This document shows positions 25,065-38,550 of a stretch of 64,000 nt of DNA, piece after piece. The position numbers and the translations under genes are program-made. Each line of letters opens with the position of its first letter. The first letter of the stretch is position 1. The stretch comes from Felis catus (lineage: Eukaryota): the NCBI RefSeq assembly GCF_018350175.1, contig NC_058368.1, positions 31,932,001-31,996,000 on the forward strand, read 5' to 3'. Under the pieces are notes generated by a model. It had not been told where the DNA came from. It did no database searches and saw only the letters and a program-made list of their open reading frames with translations.

Positions 25065-26604
25065 AGGAGATTGAGTTTTTAAATACCTTGAATAAAATGA
25101 GTCCTTTGTTTGGCACATTAATTTCAAACTATTCACTTTCCTTAACATCTCAACATATCATGGAAAGTCCTCTTGAAGACACATCCAATGGCCATTATTT
25201 TTGAGCCCCACATGACTAATATTATTGATTTTGCATGTTTATTCTATACACTAATTTTTTTACAAACACTGGTTTCAGAAAATAGTTATAACTATCTATG
25301 TTCAGAGATTTAGTACACTTTTCCAGGAACCTTAAAGGCCAAACTCAACTATAATTAGTGCAACATAACAAATACTGATAGAAATACCTGGATATGTAAG
25401 TATATACAAAAGGATCAATGTTAATTTATTATCTGCACTCAAAATCATCATAAGACTTAGAGAATTTGACCATTTTCCTTCCAGCAGCAATGTGTGTGTG
25501 TTTGCCATAAACGTTATCTGTATCCAAATCCTAATACAAATCAAAATGAGCATTTTCTTATTGGCTGATGAAACTATTGACATGGAATGTCAGTGTGACC
25601 GAAAAGCCATTGTTATCTGAGAGAAATTTGATGTTTTATAGATTGCTGTCCATATTTATTTTGCAAGTTATTTTATATTTTAGAAAACATTTTCATATTA
25701 ATTTTTCTATGGTAAACTTCCCATAACATCAAAAAAAATCTTGCCTTTGCTCTAAATTTAATGGTATTTTTCCAAACAAAATAATTATGTAATTGTATTA
25801 AAATGTTCATTAGAAATATTTTTAAACAATTTCCTTGTGAAGAAACCAGGATATAGCTGCATCTATTCAACATTGCTAATCCTTATGTTTAATTGATGGA
25901 AATTCATGTGGTTCTACTACTTGAAATCTGAAAAAAAAAAAACAGATAAGATATCAATGATTTCTTAGATTAAGAAATTAAACATTTTATTACTACTTAA
26001 TTTGAATATTCTTACAGAATTTAAGATTAAATATATATTTCAGTTCTCTACCAAATATTGTAAAATTTTGAATGCAATGCTTACTCTGTTGAAAGGGTTT
26101 TCTTCATATCCCTGAACTTTTAAAACCTGATTGTTCCCTTCCAATAATTGTTTCATTCAATAAATACTGTAAGGACTAGCTTGTTAAATAGCACTTTATG
26201 GTGCTATTTTTCTCTCAGTTTCTGTGGGTTTGCCCAGGAATTTTGGTATCACCAATGCCTGTATTCAGGGAATTATACTGCTGAAGATCTGGCTAAATAG
26301 TTTGTGACAGATCCCTGTCCTATATCCACATCTTTCTATATAATTGCTAGTATCCATGAAGTCACCTAATCAAAAGAAGGTTGCTTTGTGATCCATGCTG
26401 TTCATATTATTGTAATATAAATAAATTACTTAAAACAGATCTGTTATAGGTTCCTGGGAGCCTCACAATGAGGCATCATAAACCTATTACATCATACCAA
26501 TTGGACATAATTTTCAAAGACATGATGTTTTATTAGCAGTCAAGACTCCAAAAGAAATATGTGCTTTGATATATTGATAATTCAAAAAGTAATTGTAATG
26601 TATC

Positions 26605-27260
26605 TTTTCCTGGGAAAATAGAATAGACATAGTTTTCCTTATTCTTCTTGCTAAGTACAGCAGAAACCCCCTGAAATGATATAGAAGAAGACTCTGAAAT
26701 ACAGAGAGAAGGTAGGCCAACCAGGGATCTTGGGACACGTTGAAGGACACAGTAGCAAGTTCTCTGGGTTTTCTTTTTGTCTTCACATATGCTGGACTGA
26801 GTGCTAGAAAAGTCAGCAAGTCAGCAGTATAGAAACATTAAATTGGGCACAGTAAAAAAAAAAAAAAAAAAGAAAAAGAAAAGGAAAGAAAGAAAAACAG
26901 AAAAAACAAGTTCCATGAGAAGTATGTTCTCTCTGGCCCAAGAACCAGGAATGTGCAACTTAGCAACACAGAAAAGTTTTTGACTGTAACTGCCAAACAA
27001 CAGAGCAAAACATCGCAGTCCCAGCTAGTTAGCAAAGGGTGAGAGGAAACCTAGATTTCCACCCTAGCAATGCTGGAGAAATGTGAGTTGGGAACCAAGA
27101 TCTTCTCTTGGCAATTAAGGAGCCCGCTGTGTCCTGGTGTCAGACCACATGGGGAGACGGGAACTTTGTCTCTACCAGTGGTAACAAGGCAGGTGTCCCC
27201 ATTTCTGCTTGGGTAATGGGTAATTTTAGAGAAGATTAGAGATCACCCAGCATTAAGTAA
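26605..27260 (+). mobile_element. L1MC/MD-like 5' UTR fragment
   Basis: ttttccttattcttcttgctaagtacagcagaaacccc...agaagactctgaaa...ttctctgggttttctttttgtcttc resembles an old L1 5' end; internal A-rich expansion at 26854-26905. Confidence 0.55.
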
Positions 27261-27269
27261 CAAGGCCAC

Positions 27270-27820
27270 TTTGTATTAGAGAATAAAAGTAAGAAAATTT
27301 AAAAGGAAATTATATGTTTATTTCTTTAAACACAAAAAAATAAAATAAAAATATATTTTAAAAATATATTTTAAAATATATTTTAAAAATAAGTCTGTTT
27401 CAATAATTAAAACAAATGTCAGGACTCCAGAAGTCTTTGAGTGAGTGAGAAGAGTGGCGTTGTTAACATTTTTTTCAGAACCTCCTTAACATCTCGCAAC
27501 TGCTTCTGCTTTTAGTCGCTGTGATACATGATTTTGAATGAAGTGCCTAAAAATCTGACTCTCCTCCCCCTCTGTATGTGTACATCAGCCAAACTGATAC
27601 TGTATTCATTTTTTTTAATGTGTGTGTATATATAAAGAGAAAAAAAAAGAGAATTTTTAATAAATTTTCTAGAGAACTGTGGCTTTGATGCTACACCAAA
27701 ACTTGACAAATGGTAAGGTAAGGTTACTTGCAAATGTGGAATCAAAATGATTTAACTGAACTTTTCATTTTCTGTTGTATTAAAATCCATTAGTCTTCCT
27801 TGATTTTTTAATGCAGACTT
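27270..27820 (-). mobile_element. Charlie1-type hAT DNA transposon fragment (transposase C-terminus)
   Basis: gtgaagagtggcgttgtt...ctttgatgctacaccaaaacttgacaaatggta...ttaaaatccattagtc; minus strand encodes VKFWCSIK, the hAT dimerisation-domain motif. Confidence 0.8.
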
Positions 27821-29073
27821 GGAGTCATGGGCAATTTGTGTAGTTACCAATGGCAAGGATCTCATCTTCAAGATCTAGAAGAAAATTTCCTTAGTACCAC
27901 AGAATGCGAAATATCCCATTTGTCTGCCATACTCTGATAACACACTCCAGTTAAAGAGCTAGCCTTCATCATGTGACCTGCCCCCAAATCAGGGATTTTA
28001 TATAAGATTGCATTTGTAGAAAAGAAGCAGACAAGTCTGTAGTATTAATTCATGATGCCTCAAAAAAGTGCCATCATATGACTGCGTCACCCCATGTTGT
28101 GATCCTATAATACCTCACTGCTTCTTTTCCCATTGTTTTCCTTGATAGTATTGGGCAGAAGTCCTGGTCATCTTGGATTCCAAGTCAAATATATCCATGT
28201 ACTCTCATCTATATAAAAATAGAGATGAAGTGGACTCGAAAGACAATGTTCTTGTTTGCCAGAGCAGATAGTAGACATCTTTCATCCCAAGTATGAAAGA
28301 TACTAAAATTAATCAAGGATATTAATTTTAATGTGGTGGAAAACCAGAGTTCATAAAAAAGGAGACTAAACGGTTTGTCAAAACCAAGATGTTGGGAACA
28401 GATACTAGAAGCCAGATTAAGAGCCAGATATTTTTATTTCTACTGGGGCATAGTTTGTGACAGGGATAGGCCTCACAAGGGCAGATACCTTGAGTGAAAA
28501 CAAATAAAAGAATGCACATTCCTAGACCCAGTGTTCTAGATGTGGTAACAGTGGTGAATACAAAGAGAACTACGGTTAGTTTTTTAGATACCACTTTTAT
28601 TCAGCCAAACTGGTACGGTATTCATTTTTTAAAACAGTTGCATCACTCAGTACTCCTCAAAAACATGTCATTTCTGTCTCTCTCAAATAACATTAGGTGA
28701 TTTTCAAAGTAGTATTTTTGACCTAGGTCGTTTATTCTTAACTGTTTTCTTTTAATTTACATAATGTGTTTGTAAATTTAGATGAAAGGATGGAATGTCT
28801 CCCTCTCCCCCCCCCCCCCATTTCATCTTTATGTTCTGGTCATTGGCTATAATGCTACATTTTTGTGACTAATTCTAGTAATGACAGCAGTTTTAAAAGT
28901 GAAACAACATCTTCTTCCCTTTGATGAAATAATATAGTTTGGAGGATTTTGCATGAAGTACAGAATTTTCCTCCAGATTTTCTGTCACAAGTTTGAAATC
29001 TACCTCTTCAGGAAGAGACAGTATTGCCCTTGATCCTGGAAGCTGTTTCAGTATTTTGACAAAGAAATAAAGG

Positions 29074-29081
29074 AGATAGAT

Positions 29082-29120
<39 letters not shown>

Positions 29121-29121
29121 G
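29074..29121. repeat. (GATA)n microsatellite
   Basis: Direct inspection. Confidence 0.97.
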
Positions 29122-29239
29122 ACATTAGATAGTTGTAGATACATGATTGACAAGATAGAAAGAGAGATTTGAAAATAAAAGATATATACATATAGATATG
29201 TGTATCTAGTTAGGCATTAATGAACTGAGGTAATTTTAC

Positions 29240-29488
29240 TGCAGCTGTGGCCATGATACATGATACTTTTCCTGTGCTGTATTCTTCACTGGCAACTAGC
29301 AGGGCTAAGTTACAGCTATCCATGGTGGCAATGTGTTTGATAAAGCATCCTTTACTGATTGGTGTTCCTTTCCTGTTTTACGTTCCACTCCTCAACTGGT
29401 GTTCTCTGAAGCTCTTCCCAAATATACTACTTGCACTCCAAATACCCTGCTTTAAAGTCTGTGTCTGGGGGATTAAGAACTATAACTG
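29240..29488 (+). mobile_element. ERVL LTR 3' fragment (LTR16/LTR33 group)
   Basis: ttcccaaatatactacttgcactccaaataccctgctttaaagtctgtgtctggggg matches the recalled LTR16C/33 3' end. Confidence 0.65.
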
Positions 29489-32400
29489 CTGCCTTTTTCA
29501 CTTTTTTTGTTTATAGGTACTCATATAAGAGCACTAGGTACTTTATTATCATGGGAGAGTCTCATGGGCCTCATCATGGGAGAGTCTTCAGTTAGAACAT
29601 TGTAAAAGTCATTAAAATCCTAAAGCTGGTCAGTGTTGACAGCAAACAGATGCCAAGAGGAAGGAGTATTTTCAAGGACACGTGGAAAATTCTAAGAGAG
29701 GAGGGACATACATCTAATTCAGATGCACAAATCATGCCCACATATAGTATACCTGAGCCAAGAAACTAGCCTTAACCTGACATCATGATTCATTAGTGTA
29801 AATAATAGAATAAAAGAGAAAACTCAGCATCATATTGTGAAAAAACTCTCCTCTCTCAAATATAGTGTGGCTCTTACCCTGTAGAGACTTATTAGAATCC
29901 ATTACCAACCTTTGAAAGCCCTAATGTAGATTAAATTTATTACCAAGTGGACCCTGTGTAACCCTAGCCCTACCTAACATCTGCTTGAGGGGGGCCTGGG
30001 TATGGAGTGAGTCACGACTGGTCTCTGATATGGCTCTGTATCCTTGCTAAACACCAGGCATTCATAGGCTCAATCTCTCCTAGAAAGAGGGCAGTGAATT
30101 TTATGAGGAGAACAACAGACACCCAAATTAGCACCTTCATAAATATATACCTGTCTAGCTTTCATTTCAGTACAAGTTTACACGCATACATGATATATAT
30201 GCATACATACATAATATGAATATGACTATGAATATACACATATACATATATATTTTCTTCTGCAAAAACTTGAGATGTTTTTCCACTTGCCAAAACTAAT
30301 TCTGAGTACTATTCAAAGCTGCCTTTCCTATTAAATTCTGACATAAAAAATACTTGTTTCCTTGCAGATGTTCCATGGTAGTTATTAGTTACCAAAATCA
30401 CACTCACACAGATCAAAATATTACAGCTGAAGGAAGCAAAAATGTGGCTTAAAGTCTAACCTACTACTGCCCTCACTGCATTTCACATCCTCTCAGGATT
30501 TTTTATCTGTATTTCTAAATCTCGTTACTCACATAAATTTCCTAAACGTGGTTCACCCAACAAGGAGGTTTATAGATTTCTAACTTAACCTCAACATCCA
30601 TTAAAGCAAAATAAATTTCTACAATAGTTTAAGCTTGTTATAGTACCAAAAAAAAGTGTCCTGAAAAGATGTACTAATTAGTGTGAGTATACTCAAAGAG
30701 CCCTGAGAATTATTCTGTATGATGAGTGTTATTCTACAAAAGACAAACAAGAACATGTTGGAACTTTAGCAATCAGAAAGACAAAACAACTAAAGAAATG
30801 TTGACTTTTTATTTTTTCACTGTCATTTAGATTTTTGTAGAACCAGCCATCTGTTTACTTTTGCCTTTCTTATTTCAAATCAAATAAATACTTTTCTAGT
30901 CCGATCCCATATTATTTCCATCCAGAGTTTCATAGAAACTTTAATCTGAGCTGAACGTGGCCTTTGAAGAAACCACATATCTAGTGAAATGCTCCAGCCC
31001 TTTTCGGAAATAGTCTTAGAGTCTTTGTAAATGTCAAAGGAGAGCCACAAATCTCAAACAGTTGCCAAAACCAGAATATCTCTGAATGTCACAGTGATGC
31101 TTGGTACAAGCCTACCATACGTGGCTTTTGTGTGAGTGTCAAATTCTGTCAGGTTCATCTTAAAGAAGCAAAGCATTTTAGGAGAGGATTCAAGAGGTTT
31201 CGGGTGAAATAATATTCATGTTTTGCCTGGGTCATCAGTTAGTGCAGTTGGCCATCATCAGGTTGAATAGAGGCATGTTGCTGCATTTCAATTACGGGCA
31301 AGTTCTTAAATGATTTTATCTTTTTCCCCCCACAAAGCTGTGATTAAACACATTTTGATGCTCTATACTTAAGTAACCAGCTATTTCCATTTTATTTGAA
31401 GTCACTGGTGATTTTCTGACATTTTATTTAGTGACATGGGTTAATTTCAAATTCATCAAGAGAGTTTCACAACTGGGACACATTAGGTTACTATAGCAGC
31501 AAGTTAGTATTTCTAATAAGTTCTAGGGACCCTGCTGTTATTCTGTAGCATGATATGACAGATTTAATCTCTGGCAATATTTTATCACTTGGATATATAG
31601 AATTTCACAGAGAAACATGGGTATCTGCTCTAATAGCTTGTTATTTGAATTAAGTACCGGAAAACATACGTTCCTGGGAACTGCTTTTATTTATTTATTT
31701 TTTATTATGGCATTATTTTGGCCACAAAAATTTTCTCTTTCTTGCAGATTTTCTTTAATTGGATTGTGTTTGTTTTTCTTTTATTTGTTAAAATATACGT
31801 GGTTCTTGGAAAGGCCATATTTTAAATGGGTGGTATTTTGATTATTACTTTTTATTTTTTTAGTACTAGTTATTATAGAACATCCCAAATTTATATTCTG
31901 GCTTTCAGTACTCTATTTCTTTTATATATCTACTTTCTAAATTTTCAGCTGAATCCTTTCTAAAATATAACTGCATTGCATATAATTTTAGAATGGAAAT
32001 TTGTATTTTCCCACATTCTACTCATCCTAACAAGAATGGCTTTCAATGCTTCACATTCCTACTTCCATCTATATAAATCCTTGTCTTCCTCTAAGACTCC
32101 TAAAACTTACTTGATCCTTCAGGTTCCATATGACCTTCTTTCTTTGAAATAAATGTCTACACTTTATAAGAGCTCCCTATCATTCATCACTTACAGTTAA
32201 ATCTGATCCTCTCATTTCTGTGGGTCAGAAACCAATTCTTAAGTATTTTTATATTCCACCATAATGTAGTACCCAATACAGTGTCCTGCACAGAGGTTAG
32301 CATAAAATAGATGAACACTGTAATTTTGAAAGAATGACTGATTGCTGTTTTCTTTATGAGTTATGACTGCTCATGTGTAGACTACATTTCTGTCTTCCCT

Positions 32401-32661
32401 TGCTGTTACCATGTGACTAGCTTACTTCCAATGGAGTTCAAGCAGAATTGCTATGGTATTTCATATCTTTCTTAAAAGGAAAGCCTTTGCCCTGGATAAT
32501 CTCATCCTTCCAGGACAGAGAACTAAAATCTCTTAGGGGATAATGGAACAACTACTTTTTTAGAAGCAATCCTGTATAACAGAGAAATGGAGCTGCTTTC
32601 TGTACTTAAAATGCACATTTCAGGACTATTGTTTGAAAGAGAAACAACAGTAACAAAGCCT

Positions 32662-32874
32662 TTGTTGTTGTTGTTGTTTTAAGTTTATTTATTCATTTTG
32701 AGAGGAGAGAGGAAAGGGCAGAGAGAAAGAGAGGGAGAGATGGAGAATCCCAAGCAGACTGTACACTCTCAGCACAGAGCTGGGCGTGGGGCTCGAACTT
32801 AAAAACCAGGAGATCATGACCTGAGCCAAAATCAAGAGTCTGACCCTTAACCAACTGCACCACCCAGGCGCCCC
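32662..32874 (-). mobile_element. CAN-SINE (SINEC)
   Basis: gtggggctcgaact...gagatcatgacctgagccaaaatcaagagtc...cacccaggcgcccc. Confidence 0.95.
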
Positions 32875-32919
32875 ACGCCTTTTTTATTCTTTAACCTCCT
32901 GTTTTATTGGGTCTCTCTC

Positions 32920-32971
32920 TCTTTTCTTTTCTTTTCTTTTCTTTTCTTTTCTTTTCTTTTCTTTTCTTTTT
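32920..32971. repeat. (CTTTT)n microsatellite
   Basis: Direct inspection. Confidence 0.95.
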
Positions 32972-33130
32972 GATTTTACAGTAGCCTAGCTTTAACCTAA
33001 TTAATTTTAATTAATAAAGTAAATGAATTGACTTGAAGTATTTGAGAAAAGTATTTTATATTTATTTAACATCCATATACACCGACTTCATTGTTCTAAT
33101 TCATATATATATTCATATATATATGAACTT

Positions 33131-33136
<6 letters not shown>

Positions 33137-33176
<40 letters not shown>
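33137..33176. repeat. (GT)n microsatellite
   Basis: Direct inspection. Confidence 0.97.
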
Positions 33177-33177
<1 letters not shown>

Positions 33178-33883
33178 CAGGTTGATTTAAATATCTGTAA
33201 AAAAGCCGGCCTATTGAATATTAGGAAAATACAGATATAGACTATTTTGTACCACCTTGCTGGCATTAAACAACATGATCTGGGGCCAATTTAAAGTCCA
33301 GGAATGAACCTGTAGTCTTACTATATAGCAATTATTCCCTTGGATGGATACATGATCAGTATTATTTCATAAATTTGGCTTAGCTTAAAACATTGAATCG
33401 CTATGCATATTACATTATTGAAGATAACATTTTGTATAGTTTTTTTCCAAAAGGAACTTTGTATATATCTCATAGTACCTATTCATTTAGGACATTAGTA
33501 TTGCAAGGCACTCTGACATGCTACATTGGCCTGTGACAGGGAGAGGGAACTGAAAGAAAAACCGCACACACATTATACTATTATGTATCTCATATAGAAG
33601 AGTTCAGCAGATAGAGATGAAATTTATTTTAACAAGGAGATTCATAAAATTTGATAAGTACTACATTTGCTTTTCCAATAAGTTCAGTACTGAATCTTTT
33701 TCACCACAGTTCTAGGGACGGGATTCAATATTTCAACTCTTAAATTTAGATTGTGTATTATTTATATTAAAATTAGAGTACCAGTTTCTTAGAATTTATC
33801 CTTATTGTCTATGCATGTCTCAGTCTTTGCCTGAAATGGTGTGTTAAATCTGAAATATGAAGGAAAAATGTGAGGATTTTTAA

Positions 33884-34083
33884 GAATCTTCACATTTTTG
33901 AGAGAGAGAACACACATGTAAGTGGAGGAGGGGCAGAAAAAGAGGGAGAGAGAGAATCCCAAGCAGGCTTGGTGCTGTGAGATCAGAGCCTGATGTGGGG
34001 CTTCATCTCAAGAACTGTAAGATCATGACCTGAGCTGAAATCAAGAGTCAGACACTTAACCAACTGAGTCATCCTGGTGCTCG
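33884..34083 (-). mobile_element. CAN-SINE (SINEC) with rewritten 3' end
   Basis: SINE body; perfect 19-bp TSD aaaatgtgaggatttttaa at 33865-33883 and 34084-34102. Confidence 0.95.
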
Positions 34084-34869
34084 AAAATGTGAGGATTTTT
34101 AAACTTATTTTTATTTACTTATAAATACCAGGAAATGATTGATGACATTTATTTATAATGCACAGCATGTAATAGCTCAATCCTTAAATGTGTTCTACTG
34201 TCATTGTTTCAATCTTCTTCTTATTTTAAGCTTACCTACCAAATCTCATTTCCTGACTGCTTCATGAGGAAGTGAAGACATTGGTGCCAGTAAGGGTGGT
34301 ATGGAGGAAAAGAAAAACATAGTTAAAGAAGAGATTCCATGCCAAGTTTAGGCTTTTTTCCTACCTCCTATCTCCCCTTGTGCTTTTTTGACTGACTTCA
34401 ATTTTGTGCAGTATAAAGAAGCTAGAGAGAAGAATAAGTATTCTTAGATAAGAATAAAGAACTTTTATCTCTGTCTGTATGCATGCAAAGATGGGGGGGG
34501 GTAATTGAAACTTGTTTTAAAACATACTGACTGACCCAATGAACATTGACTTCAAATGGGGCGTCTGTTCTTCCCAACTATCATATTTTAATTCCAATTT
34601 CCTTTCAGTCTCTCTGCTTTCCTAGAAAATGATTCCACAGTCTACTCTTCCTTTTACTCTTTACCATCTCCTCCCTATTGTCATGCTTAGTTGAATTAGT
34701 ATCCTACCTCAGGAAAGGAGCTGGCATGGACTCCCTCTGTCAACTCTCTCTATTCGTACACACTGCCACTTTGCTTTTTCTAAGGAACTGTACATTCTCC
34801 AATCAAATGCAATCCCTTGACATGCACAAGAGACTGGGGACATCCCAACATTTTGTTTACAGAAAGAGA

Positions 34870-36105
34870 GGAGACAAAATTAGAAAAGAAGGTGGAAAAG
34901 GAGGGGCCTGTGGAATAGAAGGAATAAGCAGAATAGTGTATTTCCTAAGAAACACAGTGAAGAAAGATTTTCTATAAGTACAGAAATTTTTACATAGAAA
35001 CTATCAAATGTTCTTGAGAGTTTGAATTAATAACTAAAAAGTAGATATTAAATTTGACAATATTAGGTATCTCTACTAAGTGAGATATGAATATTTGGAG
35101 TGGATTAAAAAGGGGATAGGAAATGAGAAAATGAGGACAATTTGAGTGGACTTTTTAAAAACTTTGTTATAAAACTTAATAGAAATGAGGATGAAGGAAA
35201 TACAAAACGGAAACTAGATGGAAGGAGACATAAGTGTGTAATAAGAACTTGTTTTTGAAGAAGAAAAATATCACAGCATATTACATGGAAATGGACAACC
35301 TGTACCAATGGGGGGAAATAATAATGCTGAAGAGTGAAGATGTGATGAGAGAACAGAACACCTGAAAATAATAAAGTAGATGAAATCAAGTGCACAAGTT
35401 ACTAATTTTTGTCTTGTCATCTATTGCTGCGTAGAAAATCACTCTGAATTTATTGGCTTAAAACAGGATATCGTGTATTATATTGTACAGTTTTGCGAAT
35501 CAGAAATTGGTGCAGGCCTGAGCTGAGTGGTTCTCTTACTTTAGGAGATGTTGACTAGATCCTCTAGTGTTAATTATCTGGCCAGTAGGCTCATCTGGAA
35601 GACTAAACTGACTTCTCTCTCAGATTTGGTGCCTTGGCAGGGATGACTTAGAAGACAGGGTTTAGCTGGGACTGTTGACCAAAATGCCTTCATATCGCCT
35701 ATTTAACAGAATAGCCTTACAGCCGCCACAATCTTACACGTGGCTTGAGGACCTGAAAGAAACAGGACCAAGAGAGTCTCGGCAAAAGCTGCATAGCATC
35801 TAATGGCCTAGCTCAAAATGCACAGAACTTCTCTCTGTTACAGTCTATCAGTCAGGCAAATTCCTACATTCAATAAGATTCAAGGGAAGGGAAATAAGAG
35901 TTCACTTGTTAATGGGAGGCATAGCAAATGTATGTACAGTTATTTTTAGTCCACCAGAATCTTATATAGAGGAAGAGAGAGTTCATCCGTTTGCTGTTGA
36001 GGATAAGTAAAGCATGTAGATACCAATACCAGTGGAGTGGTAGCTTGCTGGTTGGAAAATGAGACAGTGTTTTCCTGAGAAGTTCTGTTTTTTTCCATGA
36101 AAAAA
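34870..36105 (-). mobile_element. L2 ORF2 relic split by an MLT1 LTR
   Basis: Purine-rich antisense L2 sequence (gtggactttttaaaaactttgttataaa; gttctgtttttttccatgaa) on both sides of 35410-35956. Confidence 0.5.
35410..35956 (-). mobile_element. MaLR solo LTR (MLT1G/H-like)
   Basis: atctattgctgcgtagaaaatcactc...ggcttaaaaca...tggtgccttggcagggatgac...tagctgggactgttgacc...gattcaagggaaggg. Confidence 0.8.
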
Positions 36106-36550
36106 GTTAAATGTTAGAAAGTTTTAATCTATTCAAGGATTTAAATTTGTTCTACTTATTTTAAATATGTTTAAATATTTATTTACTTAGATTTTCTATG
36201 AAACAGTGCCATTAAACATTGTTACCAAAATTGCTTTGTGTCTTAGGTCTGGTTGCTTTATTGATGTTTTCTTTTGAAACCAATACATTTTGATTCTTAT
36301 ATTAAATATTGAATTAATTGTTAAATTATATTTTATTTGATACATATTAGGTTTTAGCTTGTTGTAGCTTTTGGCAAACCTTTTTTTTTTTTCCAAATTA
36401 GCATGCATTTATGAAGTACTCCAAAATTAACACACACAAAAATATAATACAAAGGTTACATTCAAACTACATATGGATCATCCTCCACTAATCAAACATT
36501 AGTCTCATTGTTTTTAATAAAGTCCATTTTAACTTCCACAATGTGTGTGA

Positions 36551-36622
36551 GCATGCACCTGTGTTAAGTTGGTGAAAGAGAAAGTAAGCATATCTGTCTA
36601 AGTTGGTGAAAGAGGAAAGTAA
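36551..36622. repeat. Degenerate ~35-bp tandem duplication
   Basis: taagttggtgaaagag(g)aaagtaa at 36565-36587 and 36599-36622. Confidence 0.8.
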
Positions 36623-37412
36623 CTTTGGAAGTAAAGAAAGACGAGTGGTCAAGAAAACTTGAAATTCTGGAGAGAAAGTAGCACTGAGTGACATGGACAG
36701 CTGGCCAATGTCATCAAGAAAAGACTAAAAGAAGTGGAGGAACGGGAGTGAAGGGAAAATCCCAAGATACAGTAACACTGTTACTATCACAATTTGTCAC
36801 ATATTTTCCATTGCTAAGATAATTCTTTATCCTTCTGAAATAATTAATATTCCAGATGGAAATTGGCATGTATGGACTAGTAAAAATGGTTGACAGAACT
36901 ACAACAAAGTTAGGTAGTCTGATGAGGTATATTTTCATATGAAAGATAGGGTAAATAGTCTACTCCTACCATTATCCCAATTTGGAATTAATAAAATGGT
37001 TTGATGGCAATTAAATAAACCCAGTGTTTTATCCATTTAAGTAAAATCAAAGAACATTATTTGCTTTAAGATTAAAGGCATTGAAATTATAAAAATTATC
37101 ACTTCAAATTGCCAAGTTGGATCTAAAAAATGATAGATTATTAAACTAGGGTTTTGAAAATCAAGATGATTTTGTAGCCATAAATATTCAAAAAGAAGTT
37201 CTGGTGCCAATCTAAGAAAACACTGTATATGACTTCGTCACCAAACTACAGATTAGCTTTCCTGTTGCTGTTTCTGTCCATCTGTGAACAATGTGAGGAA
37301 ATACAGCTGCCACCAAATTAAATACTTTTCTTCCTGATTTACATCTTTATTTCATCAGAAAAATGATAAATTAAAAATATAAAGCAGGTATCATTAAGAA
37401 TGACCAACTTCT

Positions 37413-37633
37413 GGGGCGCCTGGGTGGCGCATTCAGTTAAGCGTCCGACTTCAGCCAGGTCACGATCTCGCGGTCTGTGAGTTCGAGCCCCACGTCGGGC
37501 TCTGGGCAGATGGCTCAGAGCCTGGAGCCTGTTTCCGAGTCTGTGTCTCCCTCTCTCTCTGCCCCTCGCCCGTTCATGCTCTGTCTCTCTCTGTCCCAGA
37601 AATAAATAAACGTTGAAAAAAAAAAAGTTTAAA
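37413..37633 (+). mobile_element. Young SINEC_Fc-type SINE
   Basis: CpG-rich full-length copy; perfect 17-bp TSD aagaatgaccaacttct at 37396-37412 and 37634-37650. Confidence 0.97.
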
Positions 37634-38004
37634 AAGAATGACCAACTTCTATAACCGAAGTTAGTAGTTTGTAAATTTAGTTTAAAGAATCAGAATAGTG
37701 TATCCTTCTTTGAATCACTAAATGAATATATATAAAAAATACAAGTAAATTAAAAATATAAATCATATATATATATAATATATATATAAAATTTATAACA
37801 CACATACACACCCCCAGAACTATTTCCTTCCAAATGCATGTGTGTATATGTATGTGTTGTCTTCCAAAGTGTAAATATAAATATGTCAAATGCAGACTGT
37901 GCTCTCTAAAAATTTAGTAGATAAAACAAACTGATAAAATAAAGCCAATATTGACCTTTCTTCTAATATTTTATCTACCTCACAGGAATTCCAATGAAAA
38001 GATC

Positions 38005-38049
38005 TCTCTTTCAATGAAAGTTCATCTCTTTCAATGAAAGTTCATCTCT
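38005..38049. repeat. 20-bp tandem duplication
   Basis: tctctttcaatgaaagttca x2 plus a partial copy. Confidence 0.9.
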
Positions 38050-38109
38050 CTTTCTCAAAAAGCAACTTTCTTGCTCAAATATATTTAGGAATTCCATGTT
38101 AAAACACAT

Positions 38110-38550
38110 TCTGTAGCCCAGTTCTTTAACATGGTATAAAAGCCTACTGATAGGAAGTGCCAACATATTGTCTCATTTCCTACCACTTCACCCTATTACT
38201 TACCCACAATACCCTCTCAGTTTTTCTTACGTCATTTTTTTGTGCTCCAATGCTCTTCTCCTGTTGTTTCCTTTCAAACTATTCATCATTCAAAGGTCAA
38301 CTCAAATGCCACATTTGTGTACATTCCTCTAATTTTTTACATCTTAACAAAATTCACATTTTTACTCTGATATTTGCAACCTTGTTTTGCTTGCTCCTTA
38401 AAACACTTAGATAATTTATATTATATTATTAATAATTCTGATTATCTAATCTACGTAGTAAAAATAAGTCCAAATTAAAAATCTGTGCCCCTGTATCCCA
38501 TAAAATTGCTCATATACAAAGGCAGTCAATATATATTTAATGCATCAAAT
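38110..38550 (+). mobile_element. L2 3' region relic
   Basis: attcatcattcaaaggtcaactcaaatgccac...aaggcagtcaatatatatttaatgcatc. Confidence 0.5.

Larger units (their letters stand above)
32345..33010 (+). mobile_element. Old MaLR LTR (MLT1J/I-like), interrupted by a SINE and (CTTTT)n
   Basis: gactacatttctgtcttcccttgctgttaccatgtgact...ggactattgtttgaaagagaaac...tacagtagcctagc. Confidence 0.55.

Noticed and set aside
25880..25950. Minus-strand splice acceptor (polyT-cag)
   Set aside because: All frames stop quickly and I saw no convincing donor
31271..31305. p53-like half-sites aggcatgttg and gggcaagttc
   Set aside because: One is imperfect and the 15-bp spacer is non-canonical
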